NCBI GenBank assembly: GCA_003133025.1
Contig: PKZK01000031.1
Span: forward strand, 10,980 to 36,915
Reading direction: 5' to 3'
DNA: 25,936 nucleotides
Origin: Vulcanimicrobiota bacterium
GTDB taxonomy: Bacteria; Vulcanimicrobiota; Vulcanimicrobiia; Vulcanimicrobiales; Vulcanimicrobiaceae
The notes under the pieces: generated by a model
What the model saw: only the letters and a program-made list of their open reading frames with translations
The model's database searches: none
Told to the model about the DNA's origin: nothing
Translations under genes and position numbers: made by a program
Part shown: positions 7,416 to 15,606 of the stretch, one piece after another
Layout: every line of letters begins with the position of its first letter
Position numbering within the stretch: position 1 is the stretch's first letter

Positions 7416-7726
7416 GCGCATCGGTCGAGCGTGATGCCTCGCCGCTCGCCGCGCAAGATCCGGCATTTACCGCCGCGCTCGCCGCGCAAGCGGTGCCGCC
7501 GCTCGCCTTCGATCTCGACCTCGAGACGGGCTCGCGCTTGCCGCCCGACCATCCGCCCTGGCCGCGCGACCTCGTCTCGATCTCGCAACGCGCGCGGGCT
7601 CTGCTCGCACGCGTCAAACCGGCTTTTATCACCGTCATCGCCGCCTGGCAACACCGGGTGCGAACGCTGGCGATCGGCGGTCGCCGCGTCGCCGTCGATG
7701 CGACAGGGTGCTATCGCGTCGATTGA
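7412..7726 (+). CDS. Hypothetical protein (104 aa) translationally coupled to the sigma-28 gene
   Basis: GTG at 7412 overlaps the fliA TGA (GTGA) and the ORF fills the gap up to hypE. No family recognised. Confidence 0.55.
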   Translation: MSASVERDASPLAAQDPAFTAALAAQAVPPLAFDLDLETGSRLPPDHPPWPRDLVSISQRARALLARVKPAFITVIAAWQHRVRTLAIGGRRVAVDATGCYRVD

Positions 7727-7783
7727 ACCGGGCAGGCGGACTTTTCCGCGTTGGGCGATAAGGGTTGGCGAGGAGATACCGAT

Positions 7784-8845
7784 ATGTCCCTGGCCACCGC
7801 GCAGAGCGCCCGAGGGCCCGCGAAGCGGCGCTTTCGCGACACGCAGATCGAGATGGCTCACGGCGCGGGCGGCAAAGCCTCGCGGCGCCTGATCGACGGG
7901 CTGATCGCGCCGCACTTCGCCAACCCGGTTCTCGACGCGATGGCCGATGCCGCGCGCCTGCCGTTCGGCGGCGCGACGCTCGCGACGACCGCCGACGGTT
8001 TCGTGGTCAAGCCGCTGCAGTTTCCGGGCGGCTCGATCGGCGAACTGGCGGTCAACGGCACGCTCAACGATCTCGCGGTGTCGGGTGCAAAACCGCTGGC
8101 CCTGATGGCCACGTTCATCCTCGAAGCCGGTCTCGACGTCGCGGTGCTCGAGCGCGAGATCGCCGCGATGGCGACCGCGGCCGGCCGCGCCGGCGTGCCG
8201 ATCGTGGGCGGCGACACCAAGGTCGTCGAACACGGCATGGCCGACGGGATGTACGTGTCGACCTTCGGCATCGGCACGGTCGATGCGCGCGTGCGGCTCG
8301 ATCCGGAATCGATCCGACCGGGCGATCGGGTGCTGCTCTCGGGACCCATCGGCGATCACGGCATCACGATCTTGCTCGCACGCGGCGAACTCGCGCTCGA
8401 AGCCGATCTGCGTTCGGATACGCGCAGCGTCTGGCCTTACGTCGAAGCGCTGCTCGAACTCTGCGCTGCCGATATTCGCTGGATGCGCGATCCCACGCGC
8501 GGCGGCGTCGCCACCGCGCTCAACGAGTTGATCGACGGCAGCCCATACGGCATCGCGCTCTTCGAAGAAGCGTTGCCGGTGAACGACATGGTGCGCGGGG
8601 CCTGCGAACTCTTGGGTCTCGACGTGCTGCACATCGCCAACGAAGGCCAATTTCTGGCCGTCGTCGCGCCCGGAGCGGAGGACGCGGCGCTCGCGACGTT
8701 GCGCGCGATGCCCGGCGGCGAGCGCGCGACGTGCATCGGCGAGGTGCGCACCGAGCCGCGAGCGCGCGTCTTGGGAGTGAGCAGCTTCGGAGGAACGCGG
8801 GTCATCGACATGCTCGTCGGCGATCCGCTGCCACGCATTTGCTGA
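7784..8845 (+). CDS. hypE: Hydrogenase maturation carbamoyl dehydratase HypE
   Basis: MAHGAGG, FPGGSIGELAVNGTLNDLAVSGA, GGDTKVV, MRDPTRGG, ANEG, C-terminal DPLPRIC. AGGAGA RBS before ATG 7784. Confidence 0.97.
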   Translation: MSLATAQSARGPAKRRFRDTQIEMAHGAGGKASRRLIDGLIAPHFANPVLDAMADAARLPFGGATLATTADGFVVKPLQFPGGSIGELAVNGTLNDLAVSGAKPLALMATFILEAGLDVAVLEREIAAMATAAGRAGVPIVGGDTKVVEHGMADGMYVSTFGIGTVDARVRLDPESIRPGDRVLLSGPIGDHGITILLARGELALEADLRSDTRSVWPYVEALLELCAADIRWMRDPTRGGVATALNELIDGSPYGIALFEEALPVNDMVRGACELLGLDVLHIANEGQFLAVVAPGAEDAALATLRAMPGGERATCIGEVRTEPRARVLGVSSFGGTRVIDMLVGDPLPRIC

Positions 8846-9072
8846 CCGAGCTGTACGTTAGCCGCAGCTGCGAGTTTTGCGCCGAGTTGCGCGACGAACT
8901 CGACGACGACGGCCGCGACTTCGTCGAGTACGACGTCGACGCCGACCCTGCCGCGCGCGCGCGGCTGCTGGCCTTGACGGGAGGTTCGTCGCTCGTGCCC
9001 GTGCTCGTGGAAGACGGCCGCATCGTCCAGACGGGCGTGCGCGGCCGCGGCTGCTACGTCGGACCGGGGTGA
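8839..9072 (+). CDS. Glutaredoxin-like protein with CxxC and a C-terminal Cys (Uxx-star-like)
   Basis: ELYVSRSCEFCAELR...FVEYDVD...VPVLVEDG...GRGCYV: thioredoxin-fold CxxC plus the cis-Pro VP motif. Probable TTG start at 8839 overlapping the hypE stop. In the ORF track it appears only as the tail of 7765..9072. Confidence 0.8.
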   Translation: MLTELYVSRSCEFCAELRDELDDDGRDFVEYDVDADPAARARLLALTGGSSLVPVLVEDGRIVQTGVRGRGCYVGPG

Positions 9073-11318
9073 AGGCGCTTCGCGTCCGCGTTAGCGGCAT
9101 CGTGCAGGGCGTCGGGTTTCGGCCCTTCGTCTACCGTATCGCAGGACGTTACGGCGTCACCGGTTGGGTGCTCAACGCGGGCGACGGCGTGCACCTGCAT
9201 GCGGAGGCGGCGGAGGCGCAACTGGACGAATTTCTCGCCGCCCTCGAACGTGAGGCGCCCGCCGCGGCGCAGATAGCATCGATCGCCCTCGAGCCCGCCG
9301 AGCGCGAAGGACACGCGACGTTTGCGATTCGCGAGAGCGTGCGCGCGGCGCCGCCGGTCACGCGCATCTCGCCCGATCTCGCGGTTTGCGCCGCGTGCGT
9401 GCGCGAACTCTTCGCTCCGACCGATAGGCGCGCCGCGTACCCGTACATCAACTGCACGGATTGCGGGCCGCGCTACGGCATCATCCTCGATCTGCCCTAC
9501 GATCGCCCGAACACCACGATGCGCGCGTGGGAACTCTGCGCCGCGTGCCGGCGCGAATACGACGATCCGGCCGACCGCCGCTATCACGCGCAGCCGGTCG
9601 CCTGCGCGAAGTGCGGTCCCACGTACGTGCTCTACGAAAGCGCCGGGCCTGCGGGCGGCGAAACCGCCCGCGGAACCGAAGCGATCGCGCGCGCGGCGGC
9701 GCTCTTGCGTGCGGGCGCAATCGTCGCCGTCAAAGGCATCGGCGGTTACCACCTGGCGTGCGACGCCGCGAACGCTGCCGCGGTGCTCGCGTTGCGCGAA
9801 CGCAAGTTTCGCAAGGAACGTCCGTTCGCGCTCATGGTGCGTGACCTCGCTACCGCGCACGCGCTCGTGGAATTGGGTTCTGAGGAAGAAGCGCTGCTGA
9901 CCTCGACCGCGCGGCCGATCGTGTTGGCCCGCGCGAAGCGCACCTTCGAGGGCGTCGCGCCGGACAACGACGATCTCGGCGTCGTCTTGGCCTACGCGCC
10001 CGTACAGCATCTGCTCTTCGCGGCAGACGCGCCGCCGGTGCTCGTGCTGACCAGCGCAAATCGATCGAGCGAGCCGATCGCCTATACCGACGACGACGCG
10101 TTCGCCTCGCTCGCAGGTATCGCCGACGCGTTTCTCGCGGGCGAACGGCCCATCGCGCGACGGCTCGACGATTCGGTCGTGCGCGCGGGCCCGCAAGGCG
10201 TCGCGGTCCTGCGCCGCGCGCGCGGCCTTGCGCCGCAAGCCGTTGCGACCCTGACGGTAACGGCGCCGGTGCTCGCACTCGGGGCGGATCTGAAGAACGC
10301 GATCGCGCTCTCCGTCGGCGGAGCGGTCTTCGTGAGCCAGCACGTCGGCGACCTCGACCACTTCGCGGCGCGCGAGGCGTTCGAAGAGACCGTGCACGAT
10401 CTCTGTCGCATGTATGCGCTCGATCCGAGCGAACTGATCGTCGCGCACGATCTGCATCCGGGCTACCACTCGATGCAATTCGCGCAATCGTTACCGGCGC
10501 GGCTGCATGTCGGCGTGCAGCATCACCGCGCGCACGTCGCGAGCGTGCTGGCCGAGCGCGCTGCGTGGGAAGCCGAGGTCGTCGGCTTCGCCTTCGACGG
10601 AACCGGGTACGGCGACGACGGCACGATCTGGGGCGGCGAGGTCTTTCGCGGTTCGCTCGCGCGCGGCTTCGAGCGCGTCGCGCACCTGCGTCCCGCCCTG
10701 TTGCCCGGCGGCGATGCCGCGGCGCGCTTTCCGGTGCAAGCCGCCGCGGGCTTTCTGCACGCGCTCGCGGCCGACGACACCTTCGCGCGCGCGCCGTTTC
10801 TCTTTCCCGAACGCTACGCGCAGGCCGCAACCCTCGCGCGTTCGGGACTGCGCGCCTTCGCGACCACCTCCGTGGGACGGCTCTTCGATACGGTTGCCGC
10901 GCTCGCAGGTTTTACGCGCGAGCAGACCTTCGAAGGACAAGCGGCGACGTGGCTCGAGCATCTTGCGCGGCGCAGCGTACCCGTCGCCGCGTACCTGTTT
11001 CCGTTCGAAGACAGGCAGTTCGATTATCGTCCGCTCCTCGCGGCCGTGCTTGCCGACCGGATCGCGGGCCGTCCCGTCGCGCAGATCGCCTACGCCTTTC
11101 ATGCGGCTCTGGCGGCCGGGATCGTCGCGGCGAGCGAGACGTTTGCGGCCGAGCGCGTCGTCGCGTCGGGCGGCGTGTTCCAAAACGCCTTACTCGTCGA
11201 GTTGCTGCACGCTGCGCTCGGCGAGCGTCTATGGCTCAACCTGCGCGTGCCCACCAACGACGGCGGCATCTGTCTCGGCCAAGCCGCGCTCGCCGTTTCG
11301 CCGCCGGCGCGCGCTTAG
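9069..11318 (+). CDS. hypF: Carbamoyltransferase HypF
   Basis: Acylphosphatase motif GIVQGVGFRPFV, two CxxC-x18-CxxC zinc fingers, KGIGGYHLACDA, HDLHP, QHHRAH, DGTGYGDDGTIWGGE, PTNDGGICLGQA. GTG 9069 overlaps the glutaredoxin stop. Confidence 0.97.
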   Translation: MKALRVRVSGIVQGVGFRPFVYRIAGRYGVTGWVLNAGDGVHLHAEAAEAQLDEFLAALEREAPAAAQIASIALEPAEREGHATFAIRESVRAAPPVTRISPDLAVCAACVRELFAPTDRRAAYPYINCTDCGPRYGIILDLPYDRPNTTMRAWELCAACRREYDDPADRRYHAQPVACAKCGPTYVLYESAGPAGGETARGTEAIARAAALLRAGAIVAVKGIGGYHLACDAANAAAVLALRERKFRKERPFALMVRDLATAHALVELGSEEEALLTSTARPIVLARAKRTFEGVAPDNDDLGVVLAYAPVQHLLFAADAPPVLVLTSANRSSEPIAYTDDDAFASLAGIADAFLAGERPIARRLDDSVVRAGPQGVAVLRRARGLAPQAVATLTVTAPVLALGADLKNAIALSVGGAVFVSQHVGDLDHFAAREAFEETVHDLCRMYALDPSELIVAHDLHPGYHSMQFAQSLPARLHVGVQHHRAHVASVLAERAAWEAEVVGFAFDGTGYGDDGTIWGGEVFRGSLARGFERVAHLRPALLPGGDAAARFPVQAAAGFLHALAADDTFARAPFLFPERYAQAATLARSGLRAFATTSVGRLFDTVAALAGFTREQTFEGQAATWLEHLARRSVPVAAYLFPFEDRQFDYRPLLAAVLADRIAGRPVAQIAYAFHAALAAGIVAASETFAAERVVASGGVFQNALLVELLHAALGERLWLNLRVPTNDGGICLGQAALAVSPPARA

Positions 11319-12064
11319 AGTGCGCGGAGTACCTGCGAGAGGCGTTCGCTGCCGTCGTGCGAGACGCTCAGGACGTCCTCGTGCGAGACGTGCCCGCCCG
11401 TCTTGTTGGCGATCAAGCTGATACCCAGCACGTCGAGGCCGAGCGTGCGCGCGGCGATCGTTTCCAGCACGGTCGACATGCCTACGGCGTCGGCGCCGAG
11501 CCTGCGCAGCATGCGGATCTCGGCGGGCGTTTCGAATTGCGGCCCGCGCACGCCGGCGTAGATGCCTTCCTTCAGCGTTATCCCGAAGTGCGCGGCCGCA
11601 GTGCGGGCGTGCTCGCGTAACGCCGGCGAATACGCGCCGTTCATGTCGACGAAGGGATTCGGCGTCGGGCCGCCGGCCAGGGGCGAGGCGCCGGTCAGGT
11701 TGATCTGATCGGAGATCAACATCAGGTCGCCGGGAGTCAGCTCCGGTTCGATGCCGCCCGCAGCATTGGTCAAGACCACGGTGTGCGCGCCTGCTGCCGC
11801 TGCGAGCCGCACGAAATAGGTGACGTCGCGCGGCGAAAAGCCTTGATACAAATGCGGTCGGCCGGCGAACGCGACGATGCGCCGCTCGGCCCACGTGCCC
11901 AGGTGCGCGCTGCCCGGATGACCGGCCAGCATGAGGTTGGGCGCGCCGTCCAGTCGCGAGTACCCGATCTGCGGCCCGTCGAGTCGCGCGGTGACCGCGT
12001 GCGACAAGCCGCTGCCGAGCACGACCGCAACGTGCAGCGGGCCGCCCGCGTGCCTGCGCAGCAA
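11315..12064 (-). CDS. punA: Purine-nucleoside phosphorylase (trimeric family)
   Basis: VVLGSGL, GHPG, GRPHLYQG, LTNAAGG, DQINLTG, GPQFETPAE, GADAVGMSTVLE, SLIAN, SHEDV. Start uncertain: TTG 12064, but the frame is open to about 12109. Confidence 0.92.
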   Translation of the reverse strand: MLRRHAGGPLHVAVVLGSGLSHAVTARLDGPQIGYSRLDGAPNLMLAGHPGSAHLGTWAERRIVAFAGRPHLYQGFSPRDVTYFVRLAAAAGAHTVVLTNAAGGIEPELTPGDLMLISDQINLTGASPLAGGPTPNPFVDMNGAYSPALREHARTAAAHFGITLKEGIYAGVRGPQFETPAEIRMLRRLGADAVGMSTVLETIAARTLGLDVLGISLIANKTGGHVSHEDVLSVSHDGSERLSQVLRAL

Positions 12065-12095
12065 TGCGGAAGCCCGCGCGATGTCGCCGGCTGCG

Positions 12096-13637
12096 CTAAT
12101 CGGCTGGTTTCAGCAAGTCGGCGCCGGTCATAGCGGCCGGCACCGCGAGCCCCAGCAACGGCAGCAAAGTGGTCGCCACGTCGCCCAGCCGGCCGTCGCG
12201 CAGGGCGCCCAGATGCGGCGCGCGGGAGACCAGCACGAACGGTACGGGATTGGTGGTGTGCGCCGTCAGCGGGTTACCCTCGGCGTCGAGCTTCTCTTCG
12301 GCGTTGCCGTGATCGGAGGTGATCGCCAAGATGCCGTCGGCGTCGAGCACCGCCTGCTCCAGACGGCCGAGCGCGACGTCGAGCGTCTCGACGCTCGACA
12401 CGGTCGCATCCATCACGCCGGTGTGGCCGACCATGTCGGCGTTGGCGTAATTCATCACGATCACGTCGTGCGCGCGGTCGGCCACGTTCTCCACGGCGGT
12501 GGTAGTGATCTCGCCGGCGCGCATCTCGGGCGCCAGGTCGTAGGTCGGCACGCTGCGGTCGGAGGGGATCAGCACGCGGTCTTCGTTAGCGAAAACGTCC
12601 TCGCGACCGCCGTTGAAGAAATAGGTCACGTGCGCGTACTTTTCGGTTTCGGCCAAACGCAGTTGGCGCAGGCCCGCGGCCGCCACGACCTCGCCGAACG
12701 TATCGGCTTGCGGGCGCGGACCGAAGAGCACCGGGTTGGGAAAATATTCGTCGTACTGCGTCATCGTCGCGAAGACGAAATCGGCGTACCGATGCGTCCT
12801 GAACTCCTTGAAGTCGGCGCTCGTGAAGGCCAGCGTCAACTCGCGCGCGCGGTCGGGCCTGAAGTTGAAGAAGACGACCGCGTCGCCGTCGCGCACGGGG
12901 CGCGCTTCGCCGACGATCGCGGGCACGAGAAACTCGTCGGTCTCGCCGCGCGCATACCCGGCGGCCAGCGCTTCGCGCGCGCTCGGATAGGCGTGCTCGG
13001 CGTGCGCTTCGGCCAGCGCGCGATAGGCTTTTTCCACGCGCTCCCAACGCTTGTCGCGATCCATAGCGTAAAAGCGGCCCATCAACGTCGCGATCGCCGC
13101 CGGCCTACCCACCGCGTCGAGCCGCGTTTGTACGCGGTCGAGATAGGTGCCCATCGACGACGGCGGCACGTCGCGGCCGTCTCCGAAGGGATGCACCGCG
13201 ATGTCCGCGCCCGCCGCGGCGCTTGCGTCGATCAACGCTAAGAGGTGGTCGAGCGACGAGTGCACGCGGCCGTCGGAGAGTAATCCCATCAGATGCAGTC
13301 GTCCGCCGGTTCGGGCGACGTGCGCGAAGCAGTCGGCCAACACCGGATTGCGCGCGAAGCTGCCGTCGGCCAGCGACTCGTTGATCACGACGACGCCTTG
13401 CGGCACGACGCGCCCGCTGCCGAGGTTGATGTGCCCGACCTCGCTATTGCCCATCACGCCCTTGGGTAAACCGACGTCTTCGCCGCTCGCGGAGAGCAGG
13501 GCGTGCGGGTAGGTGGCCAGGATGCGGCGCCAATTGGGCGCGTCGGCGGCGGCGATCGCGTTGCCGTAGGCTTCGGCGCGCGTGCCCCAGCCGTCGAGAA
13601 TCGCCAGCACGAGCGGGCCCCGCTTGGCTCGGGTCAT
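12096..13637 (-). CDS. gpmI: 2,3-bisphosphoglycerate-independent phosphoglycerate mutase
   Basis: LAILDGWG, MGNSEVGH, DGRD, GRFYAMDRDKRW, NFRPDRARE, AETEKYAHVTYFFNGG, NADMVGHTG, SDHGNAE, TAHT. Confidence 0.98.
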   Translation of the reverse strand: MTRAKRGPLVLAILDGWGTRAEAYGNAIAAADAPNWRRILATYPHALLSASGEDVGLPKGVMGNSEVGHINLGSGRVVPQGVVVINESLADGSFARNPVLADCFAHVARTGGRLHLMGLLSDGRVHSSLDHLLALIDASAAAGADIAVHPFGDGRDVPPSSMGTYLDRVQTRLDAVGRPAAIATLMGRFYAMDRDKRWERVEKAYRALAEAHAEHAYPSAREALAAGYARGETDEFLVPAIVGEARPVRDGDAVVFFNFRPDRARELTLAFTSADFKEFRTHRYADFVFATMTQYDEYFPNPVLFGPRPQADTFGEVVAAAGLRQLRLAETEKYAHVTYFFNGGREDVFANEDRVLIPSDRSVPTYDLAPEMRAGEITTTAVENVADRAHDVIVMNYANADMVGHTGVMDATVSSVETLDVALGRLEQAVLDADGILAITSDHGNAEEKLDAEGNPLTAHTTNPVPFVLVSRAPHLGALRDGRLGDVATTLLPLLGLAVPAAMTGADLLKPAD

Positions 13638-14398
13638 GCCGCTCCCGCGCGCGGCGCGGCGGCTTCGATCACCGCGAGGAACGATTCGGCTTTGAGGCTC
13701 GCGCCGCCGATCAATCCGCCGTCGATATCGGATTGCGCCATCAGTGCGGCGGCGTTGTCACCCTTCATGCTGCCGCCGTACAGAATGCGCGCGCGTTCGA
13801 GGCCGGCCACGCTCGCCCTGATCTCCGCGATCACCGCGTTGGCGTTGGCCGGATCGTCGATGAGGCCCGTGCCGATCGCCCAAATCGGCTCGTAGGCAAC
13901 CACGCAGCGCGCGACCTCGTCGGGCTCGATGTTCGCGAACGCCGCGCGCGTCTGGGCGACGACGATGGCGTGCGTCTCGCCGCGGCGATGCTCGTCCTCG
14001 GACTCGCCGACGGCGACGATCGGCGTCAGCCCGTGCGCGAGCGCCGAGCGAACTTTCCGATTGACGCCGGCGTCGCTCTCGTTGCACGTCGCACGCCGCT
14101 CGGAGTGGCCGAGAATCACCCAGCGCACGCCGATCTCGTGCAGCATGAGCGGGCTGATCTCGCCGGTGTACGCGCCGTGCTCGCCTTCGTGCATCGTCTG
14201 CGCGCCGAGTCCGATCGCCGTGCCGTGCAACTCTTCCGATGCCGCGACGAGTGCGGTGAACGGCGGCGCGACCACGACGTCGATGCCCGCGGGCAACGGA
14301 TACGCGCGCAGTTCGCGCAAGAGCGCGCGCGTCTCGGCGATCGTCTTGTGCATCTTCCAGTTGCCGGCGATCAGCGGCCGGCGCGCGTCGGCGCTCAC
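13634..14398 (-). CDS. tpiA: Triose-phosphate isomerase
   Basis: [43 protein letters not shown]. Confidence 0.98.
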   Translation of the reverse strand: MSADARRPLIAGNWKMHKTIAETRALLRELRAYPLPAGIDVVVAPPFTALVAASEELHGTAIGLGAQTMHEGEHGAYTGEISPLMLHEIGVRWVILGHSERRATCNESDAGVNRKVRSALAHGLTPIVAVGESEDEHRRGETHAIVVAQTRAAFANIEPDEVARCVVAYEPIWAIGTGLIDDPANANAVIAEIRASVAGLERARILYGGSMKGDNAAALMAQSDIDGGLIGGASLKAESFLAVIEAAAPRAGAA

Positions 14399-14402
14399 GC
14401 TT

Positions 14403-15605
14403 TCACGCGCCGGCGCCGAGTGCGGCGCGTTCCAGCGCGGCCACGCCGGGCAGCGTCTTGCCCTCGAGAAATTCGAGCGTGGCGCCGCCGCCCGTCGAGA
14501 CGTGCGTCATCGCATCGGCGAAGCCGAGCGCGTGCGCCGCCGCCGCGGCATCGCCGCCGCCGACGACGCTATCCGCGCCGGCTTTCGTGGCCTCGGCGAT
14601 CGCTTCGCCGATGGTGCGCGTGCCGCTCTGGTACGCGGCCTTTTCGTAGACGCCCATCGGACCGTTGAAGACGATCGTCTGCGCGCCGCGTAAGACCAGC
14701 GCGTAGGCCTGCGCGGTCTCGGGTCCGATATCGAGAATCATGCGTCCGTCGACCGCGTCGATCGGTACGACGGTCGCGTTCTCGTCGGCATCGAACGCCG
14801 TCGAAACGACCGCGTCGGTGGGCAGGTGGATCGGCACGCCCTTTTCGTCGGCCAGCGCGATGATGTGTTTGGCCGGCTCGAGGTCGGAGTCGCGCAGCGA
14901 ACTGCCGACGTCGACGCCGCGCGCGGCCAGAAACGTATTGGCCATGCCGCCGCCCACCACGAAGCCGTCGACGCGTTCGAGCAAGGCGACGAAGACGCCG
15001 ACTTTGTCCTTGACCTTCGCGCCGCCGATCGCGCAGACGAAGGGATGGCGCGGATCGTTCGTGAGCCGGCCGAGCGCTTCGAGTTCTTTCTGCATCAGAA
15101 AGCCGGCGACGGCGGGCAGGTCGCGCGCGATGCCTTCGGTGGAGGCGTGCGCGCGGTGCGCGGTCCCGAAGGCGTCGTTGACGTAGAGGTCACCGAGGGC
15201 CGCGAGTTGCTGCGCGAACTGCGGATCGTTGTCTTCTTCCTCGGCATGGAAACGCAGGTTTTCGAGCACGAGCACGTCGCCGTTTTCGAGCGCGGCGACG
15301 GCCTCGGCCGCGGCCGGTCCCACGCAATCCGGCGCGAACGCCACCGTCGAACCCAGGCGCCGGTGGAGTTCCTCGGCCACCGGGCGCAGCGAGAGCGCCG
15401 GGACGACCTTGCCGTCGGGCCGCCCGAGGTGCGAGACGACGATCGTCTTGGCCCCGCGGTCGCGCAGGTAGCGCAGCGTTTCGAGTGCGGCGACCAGCCG
15501 CGTATCGTCGGCGATGCGGCCGGCCTTCATCGGTACGTTGAGGTCTTCGCGCACGACGACGCGCTTACCGCGAACGTCGACGTCGGCTAACGTCTTGAAT
15601 TGCAT
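14403..15605 (-). CDS. pgk: Phosphoglycerate kinase
   Basis: [59 protein letters not shown]. Confidence 0.98.
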   Translation of the reverse strand: MQFKTLADVDVRGKRVVVREDLNVPMKAGRIADDTRLVAALETLRYLRDRGAKTIVVSHLGRPDGKVVPALSLRPVAEELHRRLGSTVAFAPDCVGPAAAEAVAALENGDVLVLENLRFHAEEEDNDPQFAQQLAALGDLYVNDAFGTAHRAHASTEGIARDLPAVAGFLMQKELEALGRLTNDPRHPFVCAIGGAKVKDKVGVFVALLERVDGFVVGGGMANTFLAARGVDVGSSLRDSDLEPAKHIIALADEKGVPIHLPTDAVVSTAFDADENATVVPIDAVDGRMILDIGPETAQAYALVLRGAQTIVFNGPMGVYEKAAYQSGTRTIGEAIAEATKAGADSVVGGGDAAAAAHALGFADAMTHVSTGGGATLEFLEGKTLPGVAALERAALGAGA

Positions 15606-15606
15606 G

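Noticed and set aside
7765..9072. 435-aa ORF overlapping hypE that could suggest a fusion or frameshift into the glutaredoxin
   Set aside because: The upstream part is Arg-rich alternative-frame noise typical of high-GC DNA; only the last 77 codons look like a protein and hypE ends properly in PRIC.
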